From Syntrophales bacterium (GTDB lineage Bacteria; Desulfobacterota; Syntrophia; Syntrophales; UBA2210), in contig CAXXNF010000002.1 of NCBI GenBank assembly GCA_963666365.2, positions 928,001 through 992,000 on the forward strand: DNA of 64,000 bases. Reading direction: 5' to 3'. Below the pieces are notes generated by a model. It saw only the letters and a program-made list of their open reading frames with translations. It was not told where the DNA came from and searched no databases. Positions 48,451 through 57,798 of the stretch are shown here, in pieces. Position 1 is the first letter of the stretch. Each line of letters opens with the position of its first letter. The position numbers were made by a program, and so were the translations under genes.

Positions 48451-49802
48451 AATTCTTCCACATTCATGGCGGGGTTTTCAAAGCGCGTGTATTCTTTAAG
48501 AAATACCAGCTTGATTTTACCGGTAGGGCCGTTTCGCTGTTTGCCGATATCGATTTCCGCAAAGCCGCGTTCCGGATTGTCTTCCGATTTGTTGTACACC
48601 TCGTCCCGGTAGATAAACATGATTACGTCGGCATCCTGTTCGATGGCGCCCGATTCACGGAGATCCGCCAGATAGGGCCGTCGATCCGCTCGTGTTTCCA
48701 CCTGGCGGTTGAGCTGCGACAGTGCAATGACCGGTACATTCAGTTCCTTTGCCAGCGACTTCAGGGACCGGCTGATATCAGATATCTCCTGTTCTCTGGG
48801 CATGGATGCATCTCGACCTCTCATCAACTGAAGATAATCGAGCACAATCAGTCCGAGGCCCATTTCCGCCTTGAGTCTTCTCGCTTTTGCCTTCATCTCC
48901 AAGGCAGATATGGCCGGTGTATCGTCGATAAAAATGGGCGCTTCCGAAAGCCTTCCTGCCGCCGTGGTGAGCTTTGGCCAATCCATCTCTCCCAGAAATC
49001 CCTTGCGCAGGCGCTGCGAGTCGACTCTCGCCTCTGATGCGAGCATTCTGAAGGCCAGTTGCTCTTTCGACATCTCGAGTGAAAAAATGGCTACCGGTAT
49101 ATCATGTTCGATAGCGGCGTATTGGGCAATGTTGATGGCAAAGGCTGTTTTTCCCATACTGGGACGGCCCGCGATGATAATAAGATCGGATTTCTGAAGT
49201 CCCGATGTCAGTTCGTCAAGTCTTCGATAACCTGTAGATACGCCGGTGATCAACGACTTTTTTGCGTATAATGCTTCAATTGTCACGAAGCTTTCCTTCA
49301 CAATTTCCTTGATAGGGAAAAAGGAAGGTTTGATCTTATGTTCAGAGATCTCGAATACTGCGTGCTCGGCTTCATCCAGCACGCTGTCGATATCCGCGCC
49401 GGCGCCGTAACTCTTGGTGAGAATATCGGTGGCTGCACCGATCAGACCCCGGAGAATGGATTTTTCCTTGACGATTTTCGAGTAGTGAACAATATTCGCG
49501 GCCGACGGCACTCTATCAACAAGCCCGGCAAGGTACACTTCACCACCGATTTTATCCAGTTCTCCCTTGTTACGAAGCTCGTTGCTTAAGGTAATCAGAT
49601 CGGCCGGTTCATTCTTCTCCCCCAGATCAAGAATGGCGCCGAATATTTTTTTGTGGGCTTCACTGTAGAAATCCCCTGTTTGCAGAACCTCGATGACACT
49701 GTTCACGGCTGCATTATCGAGGAGAATGCCGCCGAGCACCGATTGCTCTGCATCAAGATTCTGCGGCGGGATTCTGTGGAGAGACGAATCTATATCTTTC
49801 AT
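48447..49802 (-). CDS. dnaB: Replicative DNA helicase
   Basis: PPQNLDAEQSVLG, GRPSMGKT, FSLEMS, DYLQLM, LSQLNR, DLRESGAIEQDAD, KQRNGP. Confidence 0.98.
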   Translation of the reverse strand: MKDIDSSLHRIPPQNLDAEQSVLGGILLDNAAVNSVIEVLQTGDFYSEAHKKIFGAILDLGEKNEPADLITLSNELRNKGELDKIGGEVYLAGLVDRVPSAANIVHYSKIVKEKSILRGLIGAATDILTKSYGAGADIDSVLDEAEHAVFEISEHKIKPSFFPIKEIVKESFVTIEALYAKKSLITGVSTGYRRLDELTSGLQKSDLIIIAGRPSMGKTAFAINIAQYAAIEHDIPVAIFSLEMSKEQLAFRMLASEARVDSQRLRKGFLGEMDWPKLTTAAGRLSEAPIFIDDTPAISALEMKAKARRLKAEMGLGLIVLDYLQLMRGRDASMPREQEISDISRSLKSLAKELNVPVIALSQLNRQVETRADRRPYLADLRESGAIEQDADVIMFIYRDEVYNKSEDNPERGFAEIDIGKQRNGPTGKIKLVFLKEYTRFENPAMNVEEF

Positions 49803-49812
49803 TATTCCCCGG

Positions 49813-50259
49813 CTATTCTCCTCCGACTACCTGAACCTTACACTCTCCCACGACTCCTGAATAAAGTTTCACCTTTACTTTGAACTCGCCGACATGTTTT
49901 ATCGGCTCTTCAATTATAATGTGTTTACGGTCCACTTCTATGCCCTGTGCGCGGAGTTCCTCTTCTATATCCCGTGTCGTGACCGAACCAAATAACTTAT
50001 CCTGTTCGCCCACTTTTCTTGAAATCACCAGCGACACCTGCGAGAGACGTTCAGCCGTTGCCTGGGCTGTGCCTTTTGCCTTTTCTATCTTTCCCGCAAT
50101 GATCCGCGTCTCATGTTCCATTGCTCTTATATTTCGAGTATTCGCCTCTACAGCGAGATCCTTCGGAATGAGAAAGTTTCTCGCATAGCCGTTGGAGACC
50201 TTTATGATCGCCCCCGCCTTTCCCAGGGATTCAACATCCTCTTTCAAGATGACCTTCAT
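49813..50259 (-). CDS. rplI: 50S ribosomal protein L9
   Basis: MKVIL...LGKAG...GYARNFLIP, KLFGSVT. Confidence 0.98.
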   Translation of the reverse strand: MKVILKEDVESLGKAGAIIKVSNGYARNFLIPKDLAVEANTRNIRAMEHETRIIAGKIEKAKGTAQATAERLSQVSLVISRKVGEQDKLFGSVTTRDIEEELRAQGIEVDRKHIIIEEPIKHVGEFKVKVKLYSGVVGECKVQVVGGE

Positions 50260-50280
50260 AACCTCTATCCTCCTTATACG

Positions 50281-51240
50281 CTACAATTCGGTATCCTTTT
50301 GTTCTCTGTTGAGTTTTCTAAAATCAAACCATACATCAACCAGCCCCAGGCCGGCCACTACTAAAAGCAAAAGTTGCTGTACCAGAATAATTGAGTAGCC
50401 GATTGCCCGCATCAGGAACGGAACCCGCCTGCTCTTGAAAAAAAACGAAATCACGGCAAATCCCTGGAGCATATATACAAACAGCATAATTATCAGTACA
50501 TTGAACCCGACAACCTTGAATGCAAACCAGGGAACAAAGAGACAAAGGGCCGCGGCAATCGCCAGCCAGATACTCTTATCGGGGATTTTCCAACGGGCAA
50601 GGTCTCCGAAGTCAGGATACCACATCCCCCGCCGGAGGAACAATATTCTTCCCATCAGTATATTGATCCATACCACGCACAGCGCACCAGTTACGGAAAG
50701 GGAAGGCGTCATCGTATACAACATGCCGGCGATAAGCGGCTCACTTTCCCGTACCATCTCGATCTGATCCTGGGGAGCGCCGGTCCGTGCATACAACTCT
50801 ATATTTTGATGGACGGCCCCGACAATATACTCCTTGACAAGAAGCACCGGCCCGTTTCCGCTGTGTAGTCCATGCCCGAGCACCACCAGCGCGGTAAGTG
50901 CCAGCAGTATGGCAGAAGCAACCGCCACGGTTTTTTCGATGGAGAAATTCCGCCTCAACGTTTCCGAAAGAACCACACCGAGGGCTCCCAGGACTAAAAA
51001 CAACATCAATGGCAAGGAGGAATTCATCAATCGCAATGCAACGGCGCCGACAATAAGTGCAATCGCGAAAAGGAGGGTACCCCACAACCTTCCCAGTCTG
51101 GAGTAAAAATAAAAGACAGGAAAAGGAATAATAAATGCACCTAGGTGGCCCAGCGCCGAAGTGGTCGCTACTGCAACAAAGACAACAGAGGTAACGGCAA
51201 CCGCAACAAAAAATTCCCTAATAAATACACCACCTCGCAG
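50281..51240 (-). CDS. YybS/DUF2232 membrane protein (probable non-canonical start)
   Basis: Multi-TM protein in the conserved position between rpsR and rplI; QGFAV and GLVDVWFDFRK motifs. The frame stays open and hydrophobic upstream of the ORF-track start to an in-frame CTG at 51240. Confidence 0.8.
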   Translation of the reverse strand: MRGGVFIREFFVAVAVTSVVFVAVATTSALGHLGAFIIPFPVFYFYSRLGRLWGTLLFAIALIVGAVALRLMNSSLPLMLFLVLGALGVVLSETLRRNFSIEKTVAVASAILLALTALVVLGHGLHSGNGPVLLVKEYIVGAVHQNIELYARTGAPQDQIEMVRESEPLIAGMLYTMTPSLSVTGALCVVWINILMGRILFLRRGMWYPDFGDLARWKIPDKSIWLAIAAALCLFVPWFAFKVVGFNVLIIMLFVYMLQGFAVISFFFKSRRVPFLMRAIGYSIILVQQLLLLVVAGLGLVDVWFDFRKLNREQKDTEL

Positions 51241-51285
51241 TTTTCGAAATGTTGTGGTATCGTTCCACTCTCCTGAAAAACGATA

Positions 51286-51558
51286 TTATCCTTCAGCCAC
51301 GACGAAGGGCAAAAGTGCTAAATTTCTCGCTCTTTTGATTGCCACGGTCAGCTCGCGCTGATGCTTTGCACAGGTTCCTGAAATTCTGCGCGGCAGTATT
51401 TTACCCCGTTCCGTAATGAAATTTCTCAGATTTTCCGGTTTTTTGTAATCGATTTTCAAGGTCGAATCCCCACAGAACCGACATACTTTGCGCTTGTGAA
51501 AAAACTTTCTCCTCGGACCTCGCGGACCCTGTTGACCGCCTCTTGATGGATATGCCAT
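51286..51558 (-). CDS. rpsR: 30S ribosomal protein S18 (zinc-binding type)
   Basis: [29 protein letters not shown]. Confidence 0.98.
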   Translation of the reverse strand: MAYPSRGGQQGPRGPRRKFFHKRKVCRFCGDSTLKIDYKKPENLRNFITERGKILPRRISGTCAKHQRELTVAIKRARNLALLPFVVAEG

Positions 51559-51561
51559 GAT

Positions 51562-52098
51562 TTAATTCTCCTTCGTTTCAGATGCTTCTTCCACGGGTTC
51601 AGTCACGGCTTTTTGAGAGGACTCTGACGCGGCATCTTCAGCCTGCGCGACCTCCGGTTCAGCCGTCTCTTCAGTCTGCCCGGCCTCCGATTCAGTTGCT
51701 GCCTCTTCTACCTGCGCTTCCTGAACGGCCTCCGCTGCCACCGAAGCTTCTTTTGCCTGCTCCGCTTCCCCCGCTTTGGCGATCTCCCGCTCCAGCTCTT
51801 CCGGGTCAACCTTATCTGCTGTTTTGACGGAGATAAACCTTAAAATTTTGTCGTCAATCCTAAAATTTCTCTCCAGTTCGGGAACGATCTCACTTTTACC
51901 GGCGAAATCGATCAGCACATACACGCCGTCTCGACGTTTCTGTATCGGATAGGCAAGGCGCCGCTTGCCCCAGATATCGACCTTTATCACCGTACCTTCC
52001 ATACCGGTTATAATGGTTTTGTATCGTTCCAGCTGAAGTTCGAATTCGTCGGTCGACAAATCGTCAAATGAAATGTAAACTACTTCATACCTTTTCAA
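51562..52098 (-). CDS. rpsF: 30S ribosomal protein S6 with long acidic C-terminal tail
   Basis: TTG start (MKRYE) 8 nt after AGGAGG; WGKRRLAYPI motif. Confidence 0.95.
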   Translation of the reverse strand: MKRYEVVYISFDDLSTDEFELQLERYKTIITGMEGTVIKVDIWGKRRLAYPIQKRRDGVYVLIDFAGKSEIVPELERNFRIDDKILRFISVKTADKVDPEELEREIAKAGEAEQAKEASVAAEAVQEAQVEEAATESEAGQTEETAEPEVAQAEDAASESSQKAVTEPVEEASETKEN

Positions 52099-52106
52099 GC
52101 TTCCAA

Positions 52107-52152
52107 CCTCCTCTCGGCTCAATGACCCCGGATATGCATCCGGGGAAGGAGA
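52107..52152 (-). promoter_or_regulatory. S6:S18 ribosomal leader (autoregulatory RNA)
   Basis: Minus strand TCTCCTT-CCCCGGATGCATATCCGGGG-TCATTGAG-CCG-AG-AGGAGG: anti-SD CUCCU pairs with the SD, with an inner hairpin and the conserved CCG just before the SD. Confidence 0.8.
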
Positions 52153-52273
52153 CCATATTTAATTTTCAAAGCACTTCTCTCTATACCATCACCCCCGAGA
52201 AATCAAGTGAAATTTGCACACAATCCCTCGCGCAGATTATCCTTAAAAAATTAAAATTTTTGCCCCTCAACGT

Positions 52274-52302
52274 TTGACAATCGCGAGTTCAAGAGGTACA
52301 AT
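52274..52302 (+). promoter_or_regulatory. Sigma-70 promoter for the fdh locus
   Basis: TTGACA (52274-52279), 17 bp spacer, TACAAT (52297-52302). Confidence 0.7.
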
Positions 52303-52420
52303 TCCGGCGCTTACGGAGACATGGCATTAATAAGCAAATAGTTTAATAAATTAGGTGTGTTCTTCTGGTTTCCTCCAATTTACCTAGAAGTGCGCTCCAA
52401 ATTAAGGAGAAAAAAAGTCT

Positions 52421-55114
52421 ATGAGCGAAAAATTTACCATTCACATCGATGGAAAGGACGTTCAGGCTTCGCCGGGACAAACCATCCTTGAAGTGGCGCG
52501 GGAAAACGGATTCTTTATTCCCACCCTGTGCTACTACAGGGGTACCACGAATGTGGGCGCCTGCAGGGTCTGCGTCGTTGACGTCGAGAACGCCCGTTCA
52601 CTGGTGGCATCTTGCGCCATGCCCGTCACTCCCGGCATGAAGGTTAGAACCGACACGGAGCGCGTGAAAAACGCCCGCCGTCTCGTGGTAGAACTGTTAT
52701 GGGCCTCGGGAGATCACAACTGCCTTACCTGTGAAAAAAACGGCAATTGCGAACTTCAGGATCTGGTGTACAAATTCGGCATTGACTCGCCGCGCTTCGA
52801 TATCGATCCTCCCGGATACGATACCGAAGATACCAACAGCATGATCGCCCGCGATCTCAACAAATGCATCCTCTGTGGCCGTTGTGTGAGAGTGTGCAAC
52901 GAAATCCAGGTAAACGAGGTGCTTGATTTTTCCATGAGAGGGTCGCACGCCAAGGTAGGACCTGCCTTCGATACCGATTATATTTCATCGAACTGCTATT
53001 TCTGTGGTGAATGCGTTGATGCCTGTCCCGTAGGAGCGATCACCTTCAAGGGCGCACGTTTCCAGGGGCGTCCCTGGGAAATTGAAAAGGTAAAAACCAC
53101 CTGCACCTATTGCGGGGTGGGCTGCCAGATGGACCTGAACATTCATGACGGAAAAATCATCAAGGTAACGGGAAACCGTGAATACGGCGCACCCAACCAG
53201 GGAAGTCTCTGCGTGAAAGGTCGCTTCGGCTTGAATTTCGTCAATCACCCCGACCGCTTGAAAACACCACTGATTCGCAAGGGGGGAGAACTTCAGGAGG
53301 CCTCCTGGGAAGAAGCCTACGACTACATCGCTCATTCGCTGACCGCCATCAAACAGGCTCATGGAGCGGACAGCATCGCCGGTCTTTCCTCGGCACGCTG
53401 CACCAATGAAGAAAATTATCTCTTCCAGAAATTCATGAGGGCGGTCATCGGCACCAATAATGTCGACCACTGCGCCCGTCTCTGACACTCCGTTACGGTG
53501 GCCGGTCTGGCCGCCGCATTCGGCAGTGGTGCAATGACAAACTCCATAGAGGAAATTGAATCGGCTGATGCAATTATCGCCATCGGTACCAACACTACCG
53601 AGAACCATCCCGTCATCGGGTCCAGGGTCAAACGGGCCGTGCGGCAGCGCGGCGCACGGTTGATCGTGATCGATCCCCGCAAGATCGGCCTGGTGAACTA
53701 TGCCGACATATGGCTCCGCCCCCGTGCAGGAACCAATGTGGCCGTGCTCAACGGCTTGATGCAGGCAATTATCGAGGAAGGTCTGGCGGACGACGAGTAC
53801 ATCCAATCGAGAACCGAGGGCTACGATGCCCTTAAAGAAACACTTTCACACTACACTCCGGAATACGTGGAGAAAATCAGCGGCGTACCTGCCGAAGACT
53901 TGAAAAAAGCAGCACGAATTTATGGAGAAGCACAGCGGGGCTCCATTTTGTATGCGATGGGAATTACACAGCATTCGCACGGCACCGATGCGGTGAAATC
54001 CTGCGCGAATCTCGCCATGATGTGTGGAAATGTGGGCATCGAAGGGGGCGGCGTCAATCCGCTTCGCGGTCAGAACAATGTTCAGGGGGCCTGCGATATG
54101 GGCGCCCTTCCCAATGTCTTTACTGGCTATCAGCAGGTGGCGAACGACGAAGCGCGGGCCAAGTTCGAAAAAGCCTGGCACGCAACCCTTTCAGGAACGC
54201 CGGGGCTCACGATTATGGAAATTATGAACGGCGCCCACGAGGGAACCATCAAGGCCCTGTACATTATGGGTGAAAACCCCATGCTGAGTGATCCCGACCT
54301 TACCCACGTGGAAGAGGCATTGAAAAATCTCGACCTTCTCATCACTCAGGACATCTTCCTGAATGAAACCGGTCAGTTTGCGCACGTGGTGCTTCCCTCG
54401 GCCTGCTTTGCCGAAAAGGACGGCACTTTCAGCAATACTGAGCGCAGGGTCCAACGGATACGCAAAGCCGTCGAGCCCCCGGGAGCAGCACGGCCGGACT
54501 GGGCAATCATCGCGGAAATCGCCACGCGCATGGGATACCCCATGAACTACGAATCCGCCGAGTCGATAATGGAAGAAATCAACGCGGTTACGCCGAGCTA
54601 TGCCGGTATCACCTATGAACGCATTGAGGGGGAAGGGCTGCAGTGGCCCTGTCCGAATAGGGAGCATCCCGGCACCAGGTATCTTCATAAAGACCAGTTC
54701 AGCCGGGGAAAAGGACTTTTTACCCCCATCGATTACCGCCCCTCCGATGAGTTGCCGGATGATGAATACCCCTTCATTCTCACCACCGGCCGGGTGCTGT
54801 ACCATTTTCATACGGCAACAATGAGTCGGAGAAACGAAGGGCTGATGGAGCGCTATCCCGAAAGTCTGATTGAAATAAGCCCCGAAGACGCAGCAAAACT
54901 GAACATTGACGACGGTAAATTTGTGACGGTGACTTCTCGACGGGGAAGCGTCCAGGCAAAGGTGAAAGTGACGGAAATGTCGCCTGAGGGAACCGTTTTT
55001 ATGAATTTCCATTTCAGAGAGACCGCCGTAAATCTGCTGACAAACCCGGCGCTCGATCCCACGGGAAAAATTCCCGAATATAAGGTCTGTGCGGTAAAAG
55101 TCGAGGCAGCCTGA
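52421..55114 (+). CDS. fdhF: Selenocysteine-containing cytoplasmic formate dehydrogenase alpha subunit (Mo/W-bisPGD, NuoG-like N-terminal Fe-S domains)
   Basis: The two ORF-track ORFs are in the same frame, joined by TGA 53483-53485 in DHCARL-U-HSVTVAGL. Fe-S Cys motifs, CTYCGVGC...LCVKG, RGQNNVQG, PEYKVCAV; no Tat signal; 897 aa. Confidence 0.93.
53496..53516 (+). promoter_or_regulatory. Bacterial SECIS element
   Basis: CGGTGGCC-GGTCT-GGCCGCCG hairpin beginning 11 nt after the Sec TGA, with a G-led apical loop. Confidence 0.85.
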
Positions 55115-55151
55115 CGTAAGGGGGTACTCGCCCCGTAAAAGTCGGAATCAC

Positions 55152-55183
55152 GCCCTCTTTTTCTCTTTGAAGAAAAAGAGGGC
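55152..55183. terminator. Stem-loop after fdh
   Basis: GCCCTCTTTTTCT / AGAAAAAGAGGGC inverted repeat; no clear downstream U-run. Confidence 0.45.
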
Positions 55184-55253
55184 AGCCTATATATGCTGCA
55201 TTCCGGCGTTTACGAAGGCGTCAAATAGCAATTACAACAAGGAGGTAGAAGAC

Positions 55254-55499
55254 ATGGCACGGTGGAAGTACAGAACGAGCATCCTGGATCTTGACGCGGT
55301 CATCCCCCCTGACAAAATATCATGCGCTGAAACGGGTGTATGCATGGTGGATAACCTGCCGGGTTCGGGAATTGATGTAATGCAGGAGCTGCTTGACAAG
55401 GAAGGCGAGCAGGAATGGGAACTGGTCCAGTGCCAGCTCCACGGGGGCAAGCTTCTTTGCATATGGAAAAAAGAAATTAAAGAAGCATTTGTAAGTTAG
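55254..55499 (+). CDS. Small hypothetical protein (DUF4177-like pattern) with Cys motif
   Basis: AAGGAGG before ATG 55254; WKY...L...G..EWELVQ...WKKE pattern, internal C-x4-C. Confidence 0.7.
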   Translation: MARWKYRTSILDLDAVIPPDKISCAETGVCMVDNLPGSGIDVMQELLDKEGEQEWELVQCQLHGGKLLCIWKKEIKEAFVS

Positions 55500-55615
55500 C
55501 GGCACAGGAACAGCGAGAAACCCTCACATGCAGAAGAGGGAGTGCATGCGATTCAGGATCTCTCGCTGGGCAGTGGAAAAAATTTTCAAATAATAAAATT
55601 AACGGAGGTTTTCTT

Positions 55616-56497
55616 ATGGCTTTCAATGCCCCGGCGAAAATGGTGGGTCTGGTAAGTAATGCTGGAGTCTACAAATCAAAGCTTTCTGTCTTTCAATTTC
55701 TTATTCGCGGGTTCATGGCCGGCGCCTATATCGCCATCGGCGGCGCCCTTTGCACGGTCTGCGTAACCGGCGCGGGTGCGCAGCTTGGGGCGGGAGTCGC
55801 CAAGCTTATCGGCGGCGCCGTCTTCCCTGTCGGACTTATTGCAATCGTCTTAACGGGAATGGAACTCTTTACCGGAGACTGTATGATCGTCCCCATGGCC
55901 GCCATGATGAAACGGATCACCTGGGGATCGGTTTTACGGAACTGGGTCTGGGTCTATATCGGGAACATCATCGGTTCCTTCTTCTATGCTTACATAATGG
56001 CGGTAGGTCCCTTTGTCACCGGACAGGCTGACGGCGCCATGGCCGTCAACGCCTTCGGCATGACCGCAATAGGCATCGCCGTGGGAAAAATCCTTCCCTA
56101 CAAAGTGGTGGGGGCTGCCGGTCTCTGGTCCTGTTTTATAAAGGCCATTGGATGTAACTTTCTTGTCAATATCGCAATTCTTCTCGCGATTACCGCAGAC
56201 GATGTAATCGGAAAATTTTTCGGCGTCTGGTTCCCCATCATGGCCTTCGTCGCCAGCGGGTTTGAGCACTGTGTCGCCAATATGTACTTTCTCCCCACGG
56301 GTAAATTCCTCTGCGACTGGTATCCCGCCGTAGTGGAAAAAAGCGGCGGCCTGCTTGCGGCAAACGGCGGTCTCGGATGGGGGGACGTCTGGCTCTGGAA
56401 TATTTTCCCCGTTACATTAGGAAACATTGTAGGCGGCTTCCTCTTTATCGGCGTTGCCTATTTTCTTATGTTCAGAAAAGAGATTCCTCAGGATTGA
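55616..56497 (+). CDS. Formate/nitrite transporter (FocA/FdhC family)
   Basis: AGAYIAIG, FPVGL, ELFTG, GNIIG, IGCNFLV, GFEHCVANM, TLGNIVGG. Confidence 0.95.
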   Translation: MAFNAPAKMVGLVSNAGVYKSKLSVFQFLIRGFMAGAYIAIGGALCTVCVTGAGAQLGAGVAKLIGGAVFPVGLIAIVLTGMELFTGDCMIVPMAAMMKRITWGSVLRNWVWVYIGNIIGSFFYAYIMAVGPFVTGQADGAMAVNAFGMTAIGIAVGKILPYKVVGAAGLWSCFIKAIGCNFLVNIAILLAITADDVIGKFFGVWFPIMAFVASGFEHCVANMYFLPTGKFLCDWYPAVVEKSGGLLAANGGLGWGDVWLWNIFPVTLGNIVGGFLFIGVAYFLMFRKEIPQD

Positions 56498-56569
56498 GGT
56501 TTGGACGCGGGCTTGCCCGCTCCTTACGCTGCTTCGCAGGAACATTGATGTGAGGATGTTCCGCAGGCA

Positions 56570-57076
56570 TTGCGATTACTGGGGATGCGAGGATGGAATA
56601 CGTTGTCGATACCGGCCTGGGCAGTATTTATCATATGCAGTATCGCTGTTGCCTTTCATTTTGCAAAAACAGGCGACAGAACTTTTTTATTGTATGCGGC
56701 GCCTTCACTGGCGCTCCTGATAGTGATCCCCTTTGCACTCGCCTGGATGAGCCGAAGGAGCTTTGCACAGGCCAGTATCGAACAGAGTCCCCGGGCCAAA
56801 GTTGTGAAGATCGGAAAAATCGATTCACGTATGACCGGCACGGTTTTGAAGGTAAAAGGGATTGTTGAAAAGATAAGTTTCAAGTGGCTTAACAGACCCC
56901 ACTTTCACCTCAAAGACGAAGGCGCCGGCATTCGCGCCGTTATGTTCACCGCGCCTTCGCAGAATATACAGGTGGGAGACCGTGTCGAGGTTCTGGGAAT
57001 TGTGGTAAAACATCTGCTTACGAAACACAGGCTGATCATATCGGCCGTAAGCATTACAAAGATCGAAAACTCATAA
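56570..57076 (+). CDS. Two-TM membrane protein with C-terminal OB-fold-like domain
   Basis: Two hydrophobic helices, then VKGIV...GDRVEVLG; start uncertain. Confidence 0.65.
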   Translation: MRLLGMRGWNTLSIPAWAVFIICSIAVAFHFAKTGDRTFLLYAAPSLALLIVIPFALAWMSRRSFAQASIEQSPRAKVVKIGKIDSRMTGTVLKVKGIVEKISFKWLNRPHFHLKDEGAGIRAVMFTAPSQNIQVGDRVEVLGIVVKHLLTKHRLIISAVSITKIENS

Positions 57077-57090
57077 GGAGGTCTCATAGA

Positions 57091-57234
57091 ATGGATTCGA
57101 AAGAAGCACGCTTTGCCTTTGGATTTCTGCTTTTGGGATTGGCGCCGCTCTTTGCGACGGCCGGCGGAGCAGGTCTCGGTGTGGTCTTTTTTATTATCGG
57201 AATGCTGATTGCCATCTCACCGGCATTCGCCTGA
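57091..57234 (+). CDS. Unannotated 47-aa two-helix membrane protein
   Basis: AAGGAGG (57075-57081) then ATG 57091: MDSKEARFAFGFLLLGLAPLFATAGGAGLGVVFFIIGMLIAISPAFA*; below the ORF-track size cutoff. Confidence 0.65.
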   Translation: MDSKEARFAFGFLLLGLAPLFATAGGAGLGVVFFIIGMLIAISPAFA

Positions 57235-57239
57235 GCAGC

Positions 57240-57282
57240 AAAAGAGAGGGAGCGGAATCCCCTGTTCTCCGCTCCCTCTTTT
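57240..57282. terminator. Bidirectional intrinsic terminator
   Basis: AAAAGAGAGGGAGCGGA...TCCGCTCCCTCTTTT between convergent genes. Confidence 0.7.
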
Positions 57283-57331
57283 CACCCCGTCGATGCCCAT
57301 GAAATGGCGCCCTCAATCGTGGCCCTCGCAA

Positions 57332-57655
57332 TTACGCAACCTTTCCAGCCAATTTCCGTGTTTTCTTTTTGAGCTTATTGATTTTTCTTCTCAGGCGTTT
57401 GACCCCGGCCTTGTCCGCTTCGTTCCGAAGTGCTGTTTTCCGTTCTCTCAGTTCCCTGATCTTTTTCTTTACCTCCACAATTGTGTCAATGGCTTCCTGG
57501 CGTTCCTCCTTTATGGGAATTCCCCGCGCCTCCTTTATGGCGATGAGCAACGCCTCCTTTTTCATGGCGCTTACGCCCTCAAGTCCTTCAATACCGTGCG
57601 CCACATCCCGCAGTTCCTTCACAGTCATCTTCTCCAAAGGTTTCTCTTCAGCCAT
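57332..57655 (-). CDS. Stand-alone Rho-N-terminal-like domain protein with basic coiled coil
   Basis: LEKMTVKELRDVA...GVSAMKKEALLIAI (Rho_N pattern); AAGGAG before ATG 57655. Confidence 0.75.
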   Translation of the reverse strand: MAEEKPLEKMTVKELRDVAHGIEGLEGVSAMKKEALLIAIKEARGIPIKEERQEAIDTIVEVKKKIRELRERKTALRNEADKAGVKRLRRKINKLKKKTRKLAGKVA

Positions 57656-57798
57656 TGTCGCTCCTTTCTGCCAAATATTTAAAGTATTGTATAGCATATC
57701 GACTTTTATAAAATCAAATTCAATCATTACCTCTATTTTCCATTAACCTGAGGGCGGGAACATGCTATAGTCCACAAATTTTAAAGAGGCGCCTTTCG

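Noticed and set aside
52322..52336. Sigma-54 promoter TGGCATTAATAAGC (similar near 33169)
   Set aside because: GG-to-GC spacing is 9 rather than the required 10 nt; a good sigma-70 promoter lies just upstream.
52421..55114. Split or pseudogenised formate dehydrogenase (two ORFs)
   Set aside because: Same frame, TGA at the Sec position and a SECIS hairpin indicate recoding, not inactivation.
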